This document shows positions 28,305 to 42,200 of a stretch of DNA of 64,000 nucleotides, in pieces. The number at the start of each line of letters is the position of its first letter. Positions within the stretch are counted from its first letter, which is position 1. Source of the stretch: Schmidtea polychroa (lineage: Eukaryota); assembly GCA_044892525.1 (NCBI GenBank), contig CM097888.1:74586001-74650000 (forward strand). Direction: 5' to 3'. Under the pieces are notes generated by a model. That model did not search any database. It worked only from the letters and a program-made list of their open reading frames with translations, and was not told the origin of the DNA. The position numbers and the translations under genes were made by a program.

Positions 28305-31300
28305 TATGTATTAAAACAAATGTCAATTATGAGAAACTATATATCTAGTATTTATATTTCATTTTTTATTGCAAATAAAAATTTATTTAAATTTCAGTTG
28401 TTTCTTAAAAAAAGGGTATTATTGAATGCGGCAGTTTAACTTTCCATTCACCAAGAATATTATTATTTACTATTAATATTAATTATTAATCATAATTAAA
28501 ATGTTTATTAAAAAATTATTAACGTAATTTATTTTGAAAATTCATTACTTTCTTGGAAACATTTGACACCAACTGTAATTCGTGACAGAAAAATGGCAAG
28601 TACGAGTCTATGAATAATTTCTGTCCTATGCTAAATAATTCTTCTGAAATTGAAAATGAAAATAATTTAGTCTTTAATAATATTTCACCTGGATTCGTTT
28701 CTCTAATCATCGTGACCAATCCGTATTTGACCTGTGCTATTAATTCAATTAGACACATTTTTACACATTTTCGTTCCAGCCGTTGATTATCTGTGACCGA
28801 TTGTGGCCTTATAAATTAAATTATTTTGAAAAATGATAAATTGAAAGAATATTATTAATATTTATTAACAAACAGTTGAAACAAATGTATTGATATTGTT
28901 TAATTTTCATTGAAATTTGAACCAAAGTTGATATTTCTGAAAAAACTTTATTGTCATAAATCTTTACGAATATTTACACCGCACTTCATTATGCTGCTAT
29001 AAATCGCCTCACGATCACCGTACATAGTATGAGGATGGATTAAATGACAGATATGTGTAGCAAATAATGTTGGAGATTCAATATTAGCATCTGACGTAAT
29101 TCCAGCCACCGCACATTAAAAATCTTTTCAGAGACGATTGTTTCATCATCCTTCATAACCATTCCGAAAATAATACCAGAATGACCCACACCTTCCATTG
29201 CAAATTCAACTTGACATAAACTACCATCCGGAGGAAAAAGTAGTTGTTTGGTAATTATATCTTGGATCCATTATATATGTTCCCATAAAATTTAAAAACA
29301 AACAAGAGAAAAGTTTTGAAAATATCTTCATTTTCAAAACTTGCCAAAAAACCTTTTAAAACAAAAACTTGCTTCCAGAAAATTCTACACATAAATTCCA
29401 AAAAAACAATCGATATAAAAATCTAAAATACATTGCCTCGCGCCTGTGTACGCACTCCAACAGGCAGATACAATCAATAATCAACACACACACAGACACA
29501 ATTCATAATTAACCAAATATAAAATACAATTTTTATAATATGGATTTCCCCAATGTGAGATATCATACTAATTTCAACTATCTATAGTTGCAATTATACA
29601 ATTCAAATAAATTACCATGTAAGCCATTTTCACAGTGTTTATTCATAAAAGGATAAATATTGCGAAAATGGCTTAGTAATTTATTTTAATTATAATTTCT
29701 GTAATTGTAATTAAATTTGTTTTAATATGCAGATATTGTGATACAAATAGAATTTGAAAAACGTTGTGATTTCATTATGTCAATAAAACTACAAGCTATC
29801 GTGGCCATATCATGGACAAGATGATACCTATTTTCAATGGAGAAGGTGACGTTCAACAGTGGATTCAGAAAGTGAAGCTAGTGGCAAAAATTCAAAAAAT
29901 CGTGGAGTTGGAATCAGTAATTCCTTTATATCTAGATGGACCAGATTTTGCAGTATATCAGCATTTGAGCGCGGAAGACAAAGGCAACGCATTGAAGATC
30001 GAACATGCCTTAATCGATGTCTATTCGATAGATATGTTCCAAGCATATGACCGATTCCATGAACGAAAGTGGTGCAATGAGCCAGTAGATGTCTATTTGA
30101 ATAATCTCAAAAACTTAGCATCTCTAGCCAAGATAGATAACGAGATCATAATTAAAAGAGCATGGGTTTGCCAGCAGTGTCGTCACAACAGTTACGATCC
30201 AATGCCAATATTCAGCAGATGTCTCTTGTTGAGGTTTTGAAACAGTCTCGTGTCTTAGTAAACTGTGACAGTATGGAAATGTGTTCGGCTGTCGTGGGAA
30301 AACAAGACAAGCAAAAGAAATACTCGTATTGCGGAAAGAATGGTCATCTAGAAGAACGTTGTTTCAAGAAACAAGGAAAGAAGTGTTAGTTAGCAGAAGT
30401 GGGCCACATTGCAAAGGAGTGTACCAGGAATTCAGAGTCGGAAAATGCCAAAGGAGTAGCGCGTGCGCCAGCGTCTACTCTAGCGCGAATATGATGGCGC
30501 TGCAGTTTATTTCAGTCATAATCAATGGGGAATCCGTGAAAGCATTGATCGACTCGGGATGTTCCAAATCCGTTGTGTCAGCCAAAATTGCGTAGAAACA
30601 ATTTATACAGAATGGGAGTATCATGACTGCAGATGGATCACTAGTCAAGTGTATGCGTGATGTCAAAGTTCAGCTGATTGTTGGTGGTAGTTTATTGAAT
30701 GTTAATTGTGTTTCGTTGATGAAACTACCACTTAATGTTGAAATGATTTTAGGAATGGACGTAATAGGGATGCTGGGAGGTCTTAAAATTGACAAGACGG
30801 GTGTATCTTTTCCAGGTATTGCAAACGTATCGTGCGTGGCTGAGAATCAGTTAAATGAGAATTTGCGAATTGAAGATGGTGATTTTTCGGCAGCATTCAG
30901 TGACGGCAAGTGGAACGTGAAGTGGAAACCATCGTACAATTAAACGCATGACAGCAAGAACCAACAAGGGAATATTGGAAATGGTATATTGGTATAACCT
31001 AGCACCCAAATACAAGTGCTGAACGCCGCCGTCTTCATCCGTGGTTTCATATTGCTGGAAAGGAGTTGGCGCTTGTTATACAGAAGAGAAGACACAGGAA
31101 ACATCGTTCCAATTTGGCGATGCAGTTCACGTTAAACCACCAAACGCGAAGTGCACATCGACATGGGGTGAAGGGATTGTAACGAAGGTAAATTCATCGA
31201 CTAACTTCGACATCAACAAAATTCCGCGTCACTATTCCGACATACGACCGGCTGTCAACGAAGCGTCAGTGGAGAACAACGACGATGATAGATTAACAGA

Positions 31301-34300
31301 CGTAGACAATCCTATACTCAACTCACTGCGCCATAGAGGCATGATAAAAAGACCTCGATATCTTGATGATTTTGAAACCATTTTTATCGAGAACGAAGAT
31401 GAAAATCATGCGGAGATATAATTGCATAATTAAATTTATTTTAATATGCAGATATTGTGATAAAAATAGAATTTGAAAAACGTTGTGACTTCATTGTGTC
31501 AATAAAACTACAATTTCACAACTTATTTCGCTATCGACAAGTTTTTTTAAAGATTACAGTTAACTAAATTAACTATTAAATTAGTTATCAGTATTATATT
31601 TTATTTATAAAATATTTGAATGAGATATTATTGGTTTTATTAGATTATTTACATTTGTCATTCGTCAATATTATTACTTTGTTATAGTTGACTTTATGAA
31701 ATATGCTTTACCGTATATACTCGCATATAAGCCGAACCCCCAAATTTGGTTGATTAAAATGTCAAAAATAGATGATAAATAGATGATAATTAACATTTAA
31801 TACATATGAGGAAGTTGATAGATTCTTCTAGATTTAATTAGAAATTTTGTTAAATTTTAAAAAAATATTTTTTATTGAAAAATATTTTAAGAGGAAAATT
31901 GAAATTTGTTTAAATAAAAAAATAACAAAGACAAGTTTTTGAGTGTAAAATTTATTGAATAAAATTTATGGAATTATTTAGTGATTTGCAAATAGATATT
32001 AATGTTGTAACGGATGAGAATCCTAATAATATAAATTAATTATTGAACCATAATTATTTTAATTAAAAGTAGGTTCGCGTATAAGCCGACCCATCAATTT
32101 TGGAAAAAAATTAATTCAAAATTACTCAGCCTATACGCGAGTATATACGGTATTTAAATAAATATTTCTAGTGTGATTCTTTTGTATTTGACATTCATCA
32201 TTTCTACTTGTAATGATTAGGTTGGTCAGGATGGTTGGTCAGGATCAATGACTGATTAAGCTCTCGTTGAGTCCAGGGCCTCTGCATACTGTATCGTTTT
32301 TAATAAAAAAACTGAAATTTAAATAATTAAATAAAATCAAAACAAGCGATTGTGAATCAAAAACAAACAATACAGTGAATTGTTCAGCTATATTGTACAG
32401 TATGCCTTTATAACTCGGACCACTGATGTAACTCAAATACCCTTTCATTGCGCCGCCACTGCCAAGGCATGGTGCCTAACGCCGCTGCAAAATTCACTTC
32501 ACGTCGTTTTGAAACATTATAAACTCACAGAAAAAATACATAGTCAATCGGGTTAAAATGGTAAAAAAATATTTAGTACTTTTTTAAGTTAAAAAAACAA
32601 AATTGGAGAAGATATGCATTATCAAATCTAGACAAATTATAGAAAAATAAAATATTGTATTTCTGATATAGTATTTTCTGAATTTCATTTGGTTTTTTAC
32701 TACTGTTGGGTTATTGAGTTGGTGACAATATTTGTAAATTCAAACTTACTCTGGCTTCAAAGCGTGTTTATTAATTCACAATTCAACACTTTCGAACACA
32801 ATGAGCTTTATTAATATCCACACGGAATAGTACAAATTTCAATTACAACCAATTAACTATAAACCAATTTATCACACAGAGCTTATTTCGACACTACGTG
32901 AAGAATAGCCCTTTCTGTAACCACAACAATAATCACTAGCAGTCAATTACTCAATTACAGAATACGTTGATCGATTGTTCTATTTGCTTTGACCACACAA
33001 TTTATTTACTCCACTTTTACTTTATATTCAATTTTATAAAAGATTCTTGTCACTTCTCTTTTCACTCTGTTTTGATTCTCCTTTTTAACTCTTTCGTCTC
33101 TAATTTTACTCTACATTTTGTCTCTAATTTCGTTTCGTTTTGTTCTCAACTTTGTTCTGTTTTCGTTCTACTTTTTGTTCTAATTTTGTTCTAAATCTGT
33201 TCTAAATTTGTTCTGATTTCTCGTCCACCAGTTTTCCTTTATATAGTTGTTTTGTTTATGGCACTGGCGACAGATTTTGTTTTTCTATTTCCATTTGCTT
33301 CTGCGTTCCCCAATGTCAGCCTTATCTCTGACAGATGTCGAGATATTTTTCCTTTTTCCCATTTTTGTTTGACCGCCTTCTTCCAGCAATTACGTTATCA
33401 CTGGCAGGCTGTCGAGATAATAATATTGTTGTTTCCCTTTTTTCCTGATTTCAAAATTCCTTTTCCTTTTTGTACTAATTAATTAGTACTGACCTTGGCT
33501 TTTATTTTCATGTTTAATTCCTTGTATTTCCTTTATCTTTCTAATTTTTAATTTTTTTACTTCCGTTTTCTTTTCTACGTTCCCATAGATCGTCCCGTTT
33601 GCCATGACGATCTTCCCCTCCCCAGGTAATTTTATTTATTTATTTATAAATTGTTTATTTAGGTATCCTCAACACTACTATAAATAAATTTTTAAAATTT
33701 AATTTTAATTTATAAGTTTTCCTTTCTAGTAATGTATTAATTCTATTTAGGATAAATGGATAAATTGTTTTAATTGTTTTGTACCATTTTTAATCCGACT
33801 TAAATAATCCAAATATTGTTAGTAAACTAAAAGAGTAAGTGGTCTGTGCATCCATAATGGCTATTTTATTTGACTCGCCTTTGGAAACTGTTTTATTGTC
33901 GTTAATAACCAACTTACAAATGTTAAGATATCACATGAAAATGCAGTGAGCAATGTGCAAAAAGAAGGTAAAAGTATGTAAATAATATTATAGTTAGAGA
34001 ATAAAACAAAGATCTACCTTGTGCTGAAAGAATATAAAAGGGAAAATATGATTCCTTGTCGAGAATTCTGATTTGCTGTCGTTCGCAATTTCGTTTCATA
34101 AAGATTGAAATGGTATCCAAATCGAGTTTCCAATCTCGATACGGGATACTGCCCAATGAGAGTCTTTTTATTATTGGTAGCTATTAAAAATACTTTAACC
34201 GCATATCTATATGTTTCCTAAAGAAATAATAGATGAGATATTTTATATTTTGTTTTAAGTAAATTTATTTCGGTACCAAGAAAACTTTATTTAATTTCAA

Positions 34301-36187
34301 TTATTTAGTTATAAATTTTACTTCTAATTTTAGCTTCCTTTTAAAAATGAGATCAGAAGCTATTAAATCGTGTTCCTCATTTTTCCATTCGTATTCCATG
34401 GGAATTAATTCCCATTTTTCTTGAATTCCCTCTTGGAAATTCTAGAAAAAAAATCGTTTAAAAAATCAAGTTTTTTCTGACAAATTTTTGTCATTAATTT
34501 TACCTTTGTTCTATAAATATACGCCGAGCATCTAGATTCTGTGAAATTTGAGCAGTATACTTTTATTCCCTCGAGATAGATGACATTTTCTCCCACTACT
34601 TCAAATCCGTTGATAAATTGATACGTGTTCCTATTTATTGCAAAACATATGACATCTTCTATTTCATGTTCCGCTTGTTCAACAAATTTCTGTCTGGGAT
34701 TTTCTGCAGATTTGTCTAACCAAATAACTCTTTTAAATCGTGATTGAGTGGTCAGTATGATGTCCTCTAGATATGTCTGGTTGTTATTGTGACCATTTTG
34801 TTTAGAATTTGTTGAATTGACTTGGGACTATAAGAAAAATAAAATTATCATTCGATCAAGAAAGATAAAATTAGTTAAATCGTGTTTAAATAATTTATTT
34901 GGAGGGAACATTTTTAAAGTGCAAAAAATAATTAAATTTTTTATTACATTTAATCACATTCTATTGCCATACGACACGTTATTTACTTTTATTAGTGAGA
35001 AACTCTATAGTGAATAGTTTCGATAGATTTGAAATGNNNNNNNNNNNNNNNNNNNNNNNNNNNNNNNNNNNNNNNNNNNNNNNNNNNNNNNNNNNNNNNN
35101 NNNNNNNNNNNNNNNNNNNNNNNNNNNNNNNNNNNNNNNNNNNNNNNNNNNNNNNNNNNNNNNNNNNNNNNNNNNNNNNNNNNNNNNNNNNNNNNNNNNN
35201 NNNNAATTGTTATTAAAATGAAAAGAAGTAATTGTTATTTTTGGATTTCCTTCAACGAAACCAACTGTTCGTAAAAATGTATTATTAATTGAATATTATT
35301 TTTCAATAACATATATTACATGGATTTCATGTAGAAATTAAATTATTCTCAATTTTTTCAAACTGATCCATAAATTTTCACCACATAAATAATTATCAAA
35401 AGCTACTCACCATACGAAAAGCCGGAGTTTTTGCTGATTGATTCAGTTGATCAACTAGTAGACGTGTGATATTCGATAAAATTTGATGCGAAGCATTAAT
35501 TAAATTTGTCATTTCCAGCTGGAAAAGTTTTTTTTCTAAGACATCATTTTCTGTGACACATGAGGAATTTATTTGTTTACAGGTTTTGTATGCGGTTTTA
35601 ATATCCAACGTTATAATTGCTAGTAAACAGTGAATCATAGTAGAAGTGCTTGCTAAAATATCAGATGAANNNNNNNNNNNNNNNNNNNNNNNNNNNNNNN
35701 NNNNNNNNNNNNNNNNNNNNNNNNNNNNNNNNNNNNNNNNNNNNNNNNNNNNNNNNNNNNNNNNNNNNNNNNNNNNNNNNNNNNNNNNNNNNNNNNNNNN
35801 NNNNNNNNNNNNNNNNNNNNNNNNNNNNNNNTCCCTATGTATGCATGTGAATGAGTGATTATGTGATAACGCTTAATTAAAGTCACCAAATGCCAAATTT
35901 TATTATAATTTTTAATTCATGATTGAAAACGTCACATTTTAATTTAAATGTTTTCTGAAAATCGACTTTCCTCTATCGAATGATGCATAATTTGTCCAAT
36001 TTTGACCATTAATTCTTTTTTATTTCTTATGTTACTCATTTTTGCTTTAATAAATTTTAATAAATATGAATTAAACTACAAATTGAATTTTTTTTTAACA
36101 GACAAATCTGTGGAGAATTGTTCATTTGGATTGATAACATGATTGCGTCATTTTGAACAGGTAATAGTTAATATTAATAATAAAAAA

Positions 36188-36237
<50 letters not shown>

Positions 36238-39200
36238 TTATAAGACATCAAACCCATTTACCTTCCATATAGTTCGCATATATTCCCGAAGAAGTGGAAA
36301 TCTGTCAGCAAAATTATTTTCTGGATTAATTTTATTTTCCTCTCCAGATCGTGTGATTGAGTTTTCCTTGTGAGTGAATATTAACAACCCTTCATTTGCC
36401 GAATTGATTGCAGTCAGTAGCGAAGTGAGAAACATAATTTTTCCATAATTGCACTAAATTACCTTTTTAATGATCAAATTTCTTTTAAAACAATCAAACC
36501 AATGTATCAGTTGATTTATTGAAGCAAAATTCATAAACTTTAAGTAGTGCATCTTGAAGAGTAGATCTTTGATCTTCAATTTCAGGATAAAAGGCATGAA
36601 ACGAATGTTCAAATGTTTCTTTATATACAGGAATTAAATCATCTGTGAACAATTTCCAGCATTCTACATATATTAATGAATCAGCTCCATAAGTAAATTT
36701 TATTGACTGGAGATAGTGACAGATTTTACACTCTAGGAAAATGTTTCGAACAATTATTCTAAAATCTCCAATTACGACTGATGTCTCTTGGCTTTCAGTA
36801 TCTTTAGAATACCCTAATAAAGATTTTTATCAAAGTTTCTTTTAAACGGAATAATTCTTAAAATTTACCATTAAAAGGATAGAGATATTGAATATGTTTC
36901 CTTATAACTTTTAATGTTGACGAAAAAGCTTTAGAATAGAGTTTCAACGTTTCAAGAGATTTGAGTAATTTGTATGAGTAAGTTTGCGTGCTGGAATCAT
37001 TTTGTAAGTCAGGTAGTTCACTGAACATACAGGTCAAACCGGTGTAAATCCAATTTAATAAGGCAACTGCCGAGGTTAGAGAATTCTAGAATAGCAAATT
37101 TCGATTAATTAAAATAATAAATAAACAATAAATTTTCAAAATTAAAATAAAATGAACTTCATAAAGGTATTAAAACTGGGATTGCCGCTAATTTATAAGT
37201 GGATATGGTATTGAATTAAAGAAAAAATTTAGTTTTTTATTGTATGATTTTGAATTTTGTGTTTAAAAGAAATTATATTTATTCAATTTTAATATTTAAC
37301 ATTGAAATTAAAATCAGATGACTGAAGAAAAATTTAGCAATAAATTAGCAGAATATTAAAACAATAAAATTAAAAATTCACGGATTTCCACAGAAATTTG
37401 GGGGAGGGAGGAATAAGAAAAACATTTTAAAAAATACACAAATTTGCGGAAAAAAATAAAATTTTAAAATAAGCAATTTGTTTGACAATATTTTTCGGAT
37501 ATTTTAAACAAATTCAAGCCTCTAATTTGTAATTACACTCATACCTCGCTTTAAGGCCTAGATACGTTCCAGGAAAGTTGGCCGCAAAGCGAAACGCCGC
37601 ATAACGAATCAAATATTTTGATACAATTTCATACACTTTCACATACACAATTCACACTTTTTTTTGGCCGTATAACGAAACATTTTAGGCCGTAAATCGA
37701 AAAAGTGCCGTAATTAAAGTAGGCCGTTATAGCGAAAAGCCGTATAAAGAGCAGCCGTATAGCGAGGTATGAGTGTAATTTTAATATTTAGCCCCCTTAA
37801 ATTGAAAATAATTTTTGATTGTGTAAAACAAATAAAATTTATTTTAAATTAAATTTAAATTAAATTTAAAATTTTAGTAAAACTGGAAAATTACATTTTC
37901 TAAGACGATGGAAAATATAGCATGAAACAATTTTATTGCTGTTTATTAATGAAAATTGGGCTGAATATGGAATTAAATTTAGGATTGCATGAATAATATT
38001 TCCCAAATGTTACGTAACAGTATCAGAATCCAAATAAATAATTTCAATGAATAGATATATTTAGATAATTTTGGAACATTTCCATATGGAAGAAATTTCC
38101 CAAAAATCACTTCAGTACTTATTTTGCTTCAAAGTCAACCAAACTTTACCACCAAAAATTGAAATATTTACAGAAAATAAAAAGAATATTGTTAATTTAA
38201 ATGGAAATCATTTTTATTATACATCGTTATTTGTTTGTAATAAATAATTTGTCATTAATTCTTAGAAGCTCAATGACATAGTTGCTAATCTGAGGACCTT
38301 GTAAATGGTGGATGTAAATGGAATATTCTCCATTAAAGCTCCTGGTACATAGGATCCGACAGACAGCATATGATACTTTAAACTACATAAAATTAGTTGA
38401 TAAAATAATACAAACTTGATACAACTTTTGTTTTGATTATTAATAATATTGGAATAATTGATATATTGTAATATATTAAACAAATCTGTTAATACTTCTG
38501 TTACTAGTCAGTGGTAACATAAAATTTATCTATTATTTATGTTTTGGTTTGACAGTTGTAATATTTTTTTTATTGTAATCATTAATTATAAAACAATATT
38601 TATAAAATATTGGCCAATTTCTTTCAATTAGTTGTGCACACGGACCTCCAAATATCCTTACGTGGCTAGTGACGTAGTAAGGATGGTTGGTACATGGCAT
38701 AAGATTCATATATTACACCCCCCCCCCTTTATTACTTTGAAATCCTTTTTCTAAATAAAGTAAAAACCATCCAATGTACTAAAGCGGCTACTAAAGAGAA
38801 GAAGTATTATATATGAGGTGGTGTCCTTACACACAGATTATAGTGCATTCATAGCAAATTCAATTTTGGCGCCTCCTGATCTGGCACCCGCAAACACCTG
38901 TCCATCTTTAATACCCCTAGCTAAACCTCTGTGCGTGACTTTGGTCAACCTATAACAACGGTAGGCAAATGCGGCTCTTCGTTGAGTAAACTGCGGCTCA
39001 TTGATAATTGAATTCTTGATAATCGAATTCGATTTTTTATTTTGAAATTTTTCACTGAATGTTTTGAGAAAAAATTTTTTGTTGCAATTGTATTTTCATA
39101 AATGTCAAAAATTAACGAAACATTGTTTTTCACATTTTACTGCTTTTTAAAATTATTTTGTAGTAGGCGGCGCTTTGTTATAACAACGAGAGAGAAGCAT

Positions 39201-42200
39201 CAAAAATAAATTTAGTGAATTTTGATTGGTTATTATTTTGTTTGTACAAGATTGCGGTCGTTTGTATATTTTAGTATAGTTTTCTATTCGTGTTTTTTGA
39301 AAAATTTGGTAAGAAGATTTTTTTATGAAGCATTTTAAAATTTTAAACTAATTAAAATTAAATTAATGTCTTTTTATTATTTTGTTTAAATTTCAGCCAT
39401 TTAAATTTATTATTATAATGACATCAGAAAACATCTAAAAACGAAAATACAGACAAGAAAATAGAACTTTTCAAGAAGAATGGACAGAAAAGTTTTTTTT
39501 ATTGACAATAATGGTAAATCGTTGTGTCTTATTTGTAAAGGTACAATTTCCAACTACAAAGTAACCAATTTACGTCGACACTATGAAGTAAGTCATCCAC
39601 ACTTATCAATTCAATATCCACTCAATTCAAACTTGCGGACAGAAAAACTTAAGTCATTGCAATCAGGGCTTCAAGCCCAACAAGGACTATTATCTACTTT
39701 TAGTCGAGAAGATGACAGTGCCAACGAAGCTAGTTTTTTGATAGCTTGGAATATAGCTCGTGCTAAACGTCCATATGGAGAAGGTGAATTTATTAAGAGA
39801 AACTTGGAAGAAGTGATTAAAGTTTTGGATCCGGACAACTCAAAACTACATAAATTGATCTCACGTATTCCTATTTCACGTCGTACAACTGAGCGTCGAA
39901 TTGGCCAAATTAGCGAAAATGTTGAAAATAATTTGATGTGTGATTTAAAAAATTGTACAGCATTCAGTTTAGCTCTCGACGAGTCTACTGACATTCAGGA
40001 TGTTCCACAATTAGCCGTTTTTGTCCGCTTTGTATCTTCTGACGTAAAAGTGAAGGAAGAAATGTTAGACCTAGTAGCTCTTCTCGAAACAACTCGCGGT
40101 ATCGATGTCAAAACTGCGCTTGATGTAGTTATGGACAGGTTCGAATTGACTCGTGACAAACTTGTAAGTGTTGCGACAGACGGAGCGCCTGCAATGATGG
40201 GGAAAAATCAAGGTCTCATTGGTCTTTTAAACAGAGATCCTAATATTCCTCACTTTTTATCTCTTCACTGCATAATTCATCACGAGCATCTCATAGCGAA
40301 GTACTTTAAATACGAAAATGTGTGGAAGATTGTTTTGAAGATTGTGAATTTAATTAGAACAAATGCCAAAACACATCGTCAATTTAAAAACTTTTTGGAA
40401 GAATTAAGATTAAATGAGGAAACAGATGATTTGCCTAATGATGTCTCCTTATGGTGTATTGTTAGATGGCTGTCAACTTACAATGTTTTGAACCGTTTTG
40501 TGGAACTCCTAAATCCTATCATAATATTTACCAAAGAAAACGGAATAGCATACCCAGAATTAGAAAATGAAACTTGGCTTTCTGACTTAATGTTCCTTAC
40601 AGACATTATGGAACATTTGCAAACATTAAATTTGGCTTTACAAGGAAAAGAAAAGATAATTATTGATTTGTCACAAACGTTATTTAGTTTTGAAGCTAAA
40701 CTTCGGCTTTTTGTGAACGATCTTAGGTCGAAAATATTTAATCATTTTCCACGAATAAAAGCTAATATATTGTTGTGAATCTTTGTACTCCACAATGAAG
40801 TTCGTAAAGTCGAAATATCGTTCACAGTTGACCAATCAGCATCTTACAGAATTGCTGCGAACAGCTTTAACAAAGTATACACCAAATTTCAAAGATTTGA
40901 CCAAAAGTCTTCGTTAATTCAAGAAATTTTATTACTTTTTATTAATGGATTTTTATGTTTGTTACTTAATGTTTGAAATAATTATTTTGTTTTTTTTTAA
41001 TAGCGTTTAAGTCTCTTTAATCAAATTAATGAAATAAAAAAAAATATGTACTTTACTATGGTGGCTCTGTAAAAAATAAATTTTCGGAAAATGGCTCTTA
41101 TTGAACCCATGCGTGCCCACCCTTGACCTATAATATCAAAAATATATCAAAGAAACTATAATTAATAATCAAAATTTAATGAAATTTTATTTGATAAAAA
41201 CAATTTATATTTTAAATAATATATTTCAACGAATTTGTTAACTTACTAAAAAATTAATATTTATATTATTAATAATAGTCGTAATATTATTAATAATAAG
41301 AAATATCCCATAAATTTTACCTTTTTAAATTTTTTGTGTCGAAATACATTTTTAAATTTCAATTTCGTTTAAAACAAAAAAGAGTCTAAAAGTAATTAAA
41401 ATAAATTTCAAAATAAGACTTTTTTTGAATTGATTTCTATTGAACATTTAATATAATTTTATTTAATATCGCATAAATTACCGCAAGGTTTTCATATTTT
41501 TATCCAAAATTATGTATTAGAAAATTGCGAAATACATAAAGAAAAGTGGGATTATTGTAGGATTAATGTTGGATGATGAAGTTAAGACCATCACCGCATT
41601 TGTCCTAAATAAATATTACAAGACAGGGCAAAAAGCTACAACGAAGAGCGGCAATAATCCCAAAAAGATCAAATTAAATTCAACAAGATCAAACCAACCC
41701 AACACTTTCTGCGAAAGACATTTTTATTTCAACCTTTGACAATAATTTTGATGTCATATTCTAGACAATAATTATCTTATTTGTGAATGGTGTTTACTCT
41801 CAATAATTATTATCTTAATGTCTTTATTATTTATTTAAATAATATTTTAAATCTATTATTGATATGTCAACCTTATTTTATGTAAATAACATTTTCATTT
41901 TGTGTTCACTTGTATTTTAAGAGTACATATAAATACAATGTCAATTGAAAAGAAATCAGAGGTGAAAAATGAAAAAAAACATAAATAAAAATATAAAAGT
42001 AATGTAAATAATAATTTTAATTGATTATTATAGTGTGAGAACATAAAAGAAAAAATAATAAATGACATAATAATAATAACATCTGTNNNNNNNNNNNNNN
42101 NNNNNNNNNNNNNNNNNNNNNNNNNNNNNNNNNNNNNNNNNNNNNNNNNNNNNNNNNNNNNNNNNNNNNNNNNNNNNNNNNNNNNNNNNNNNNNNNNNNN

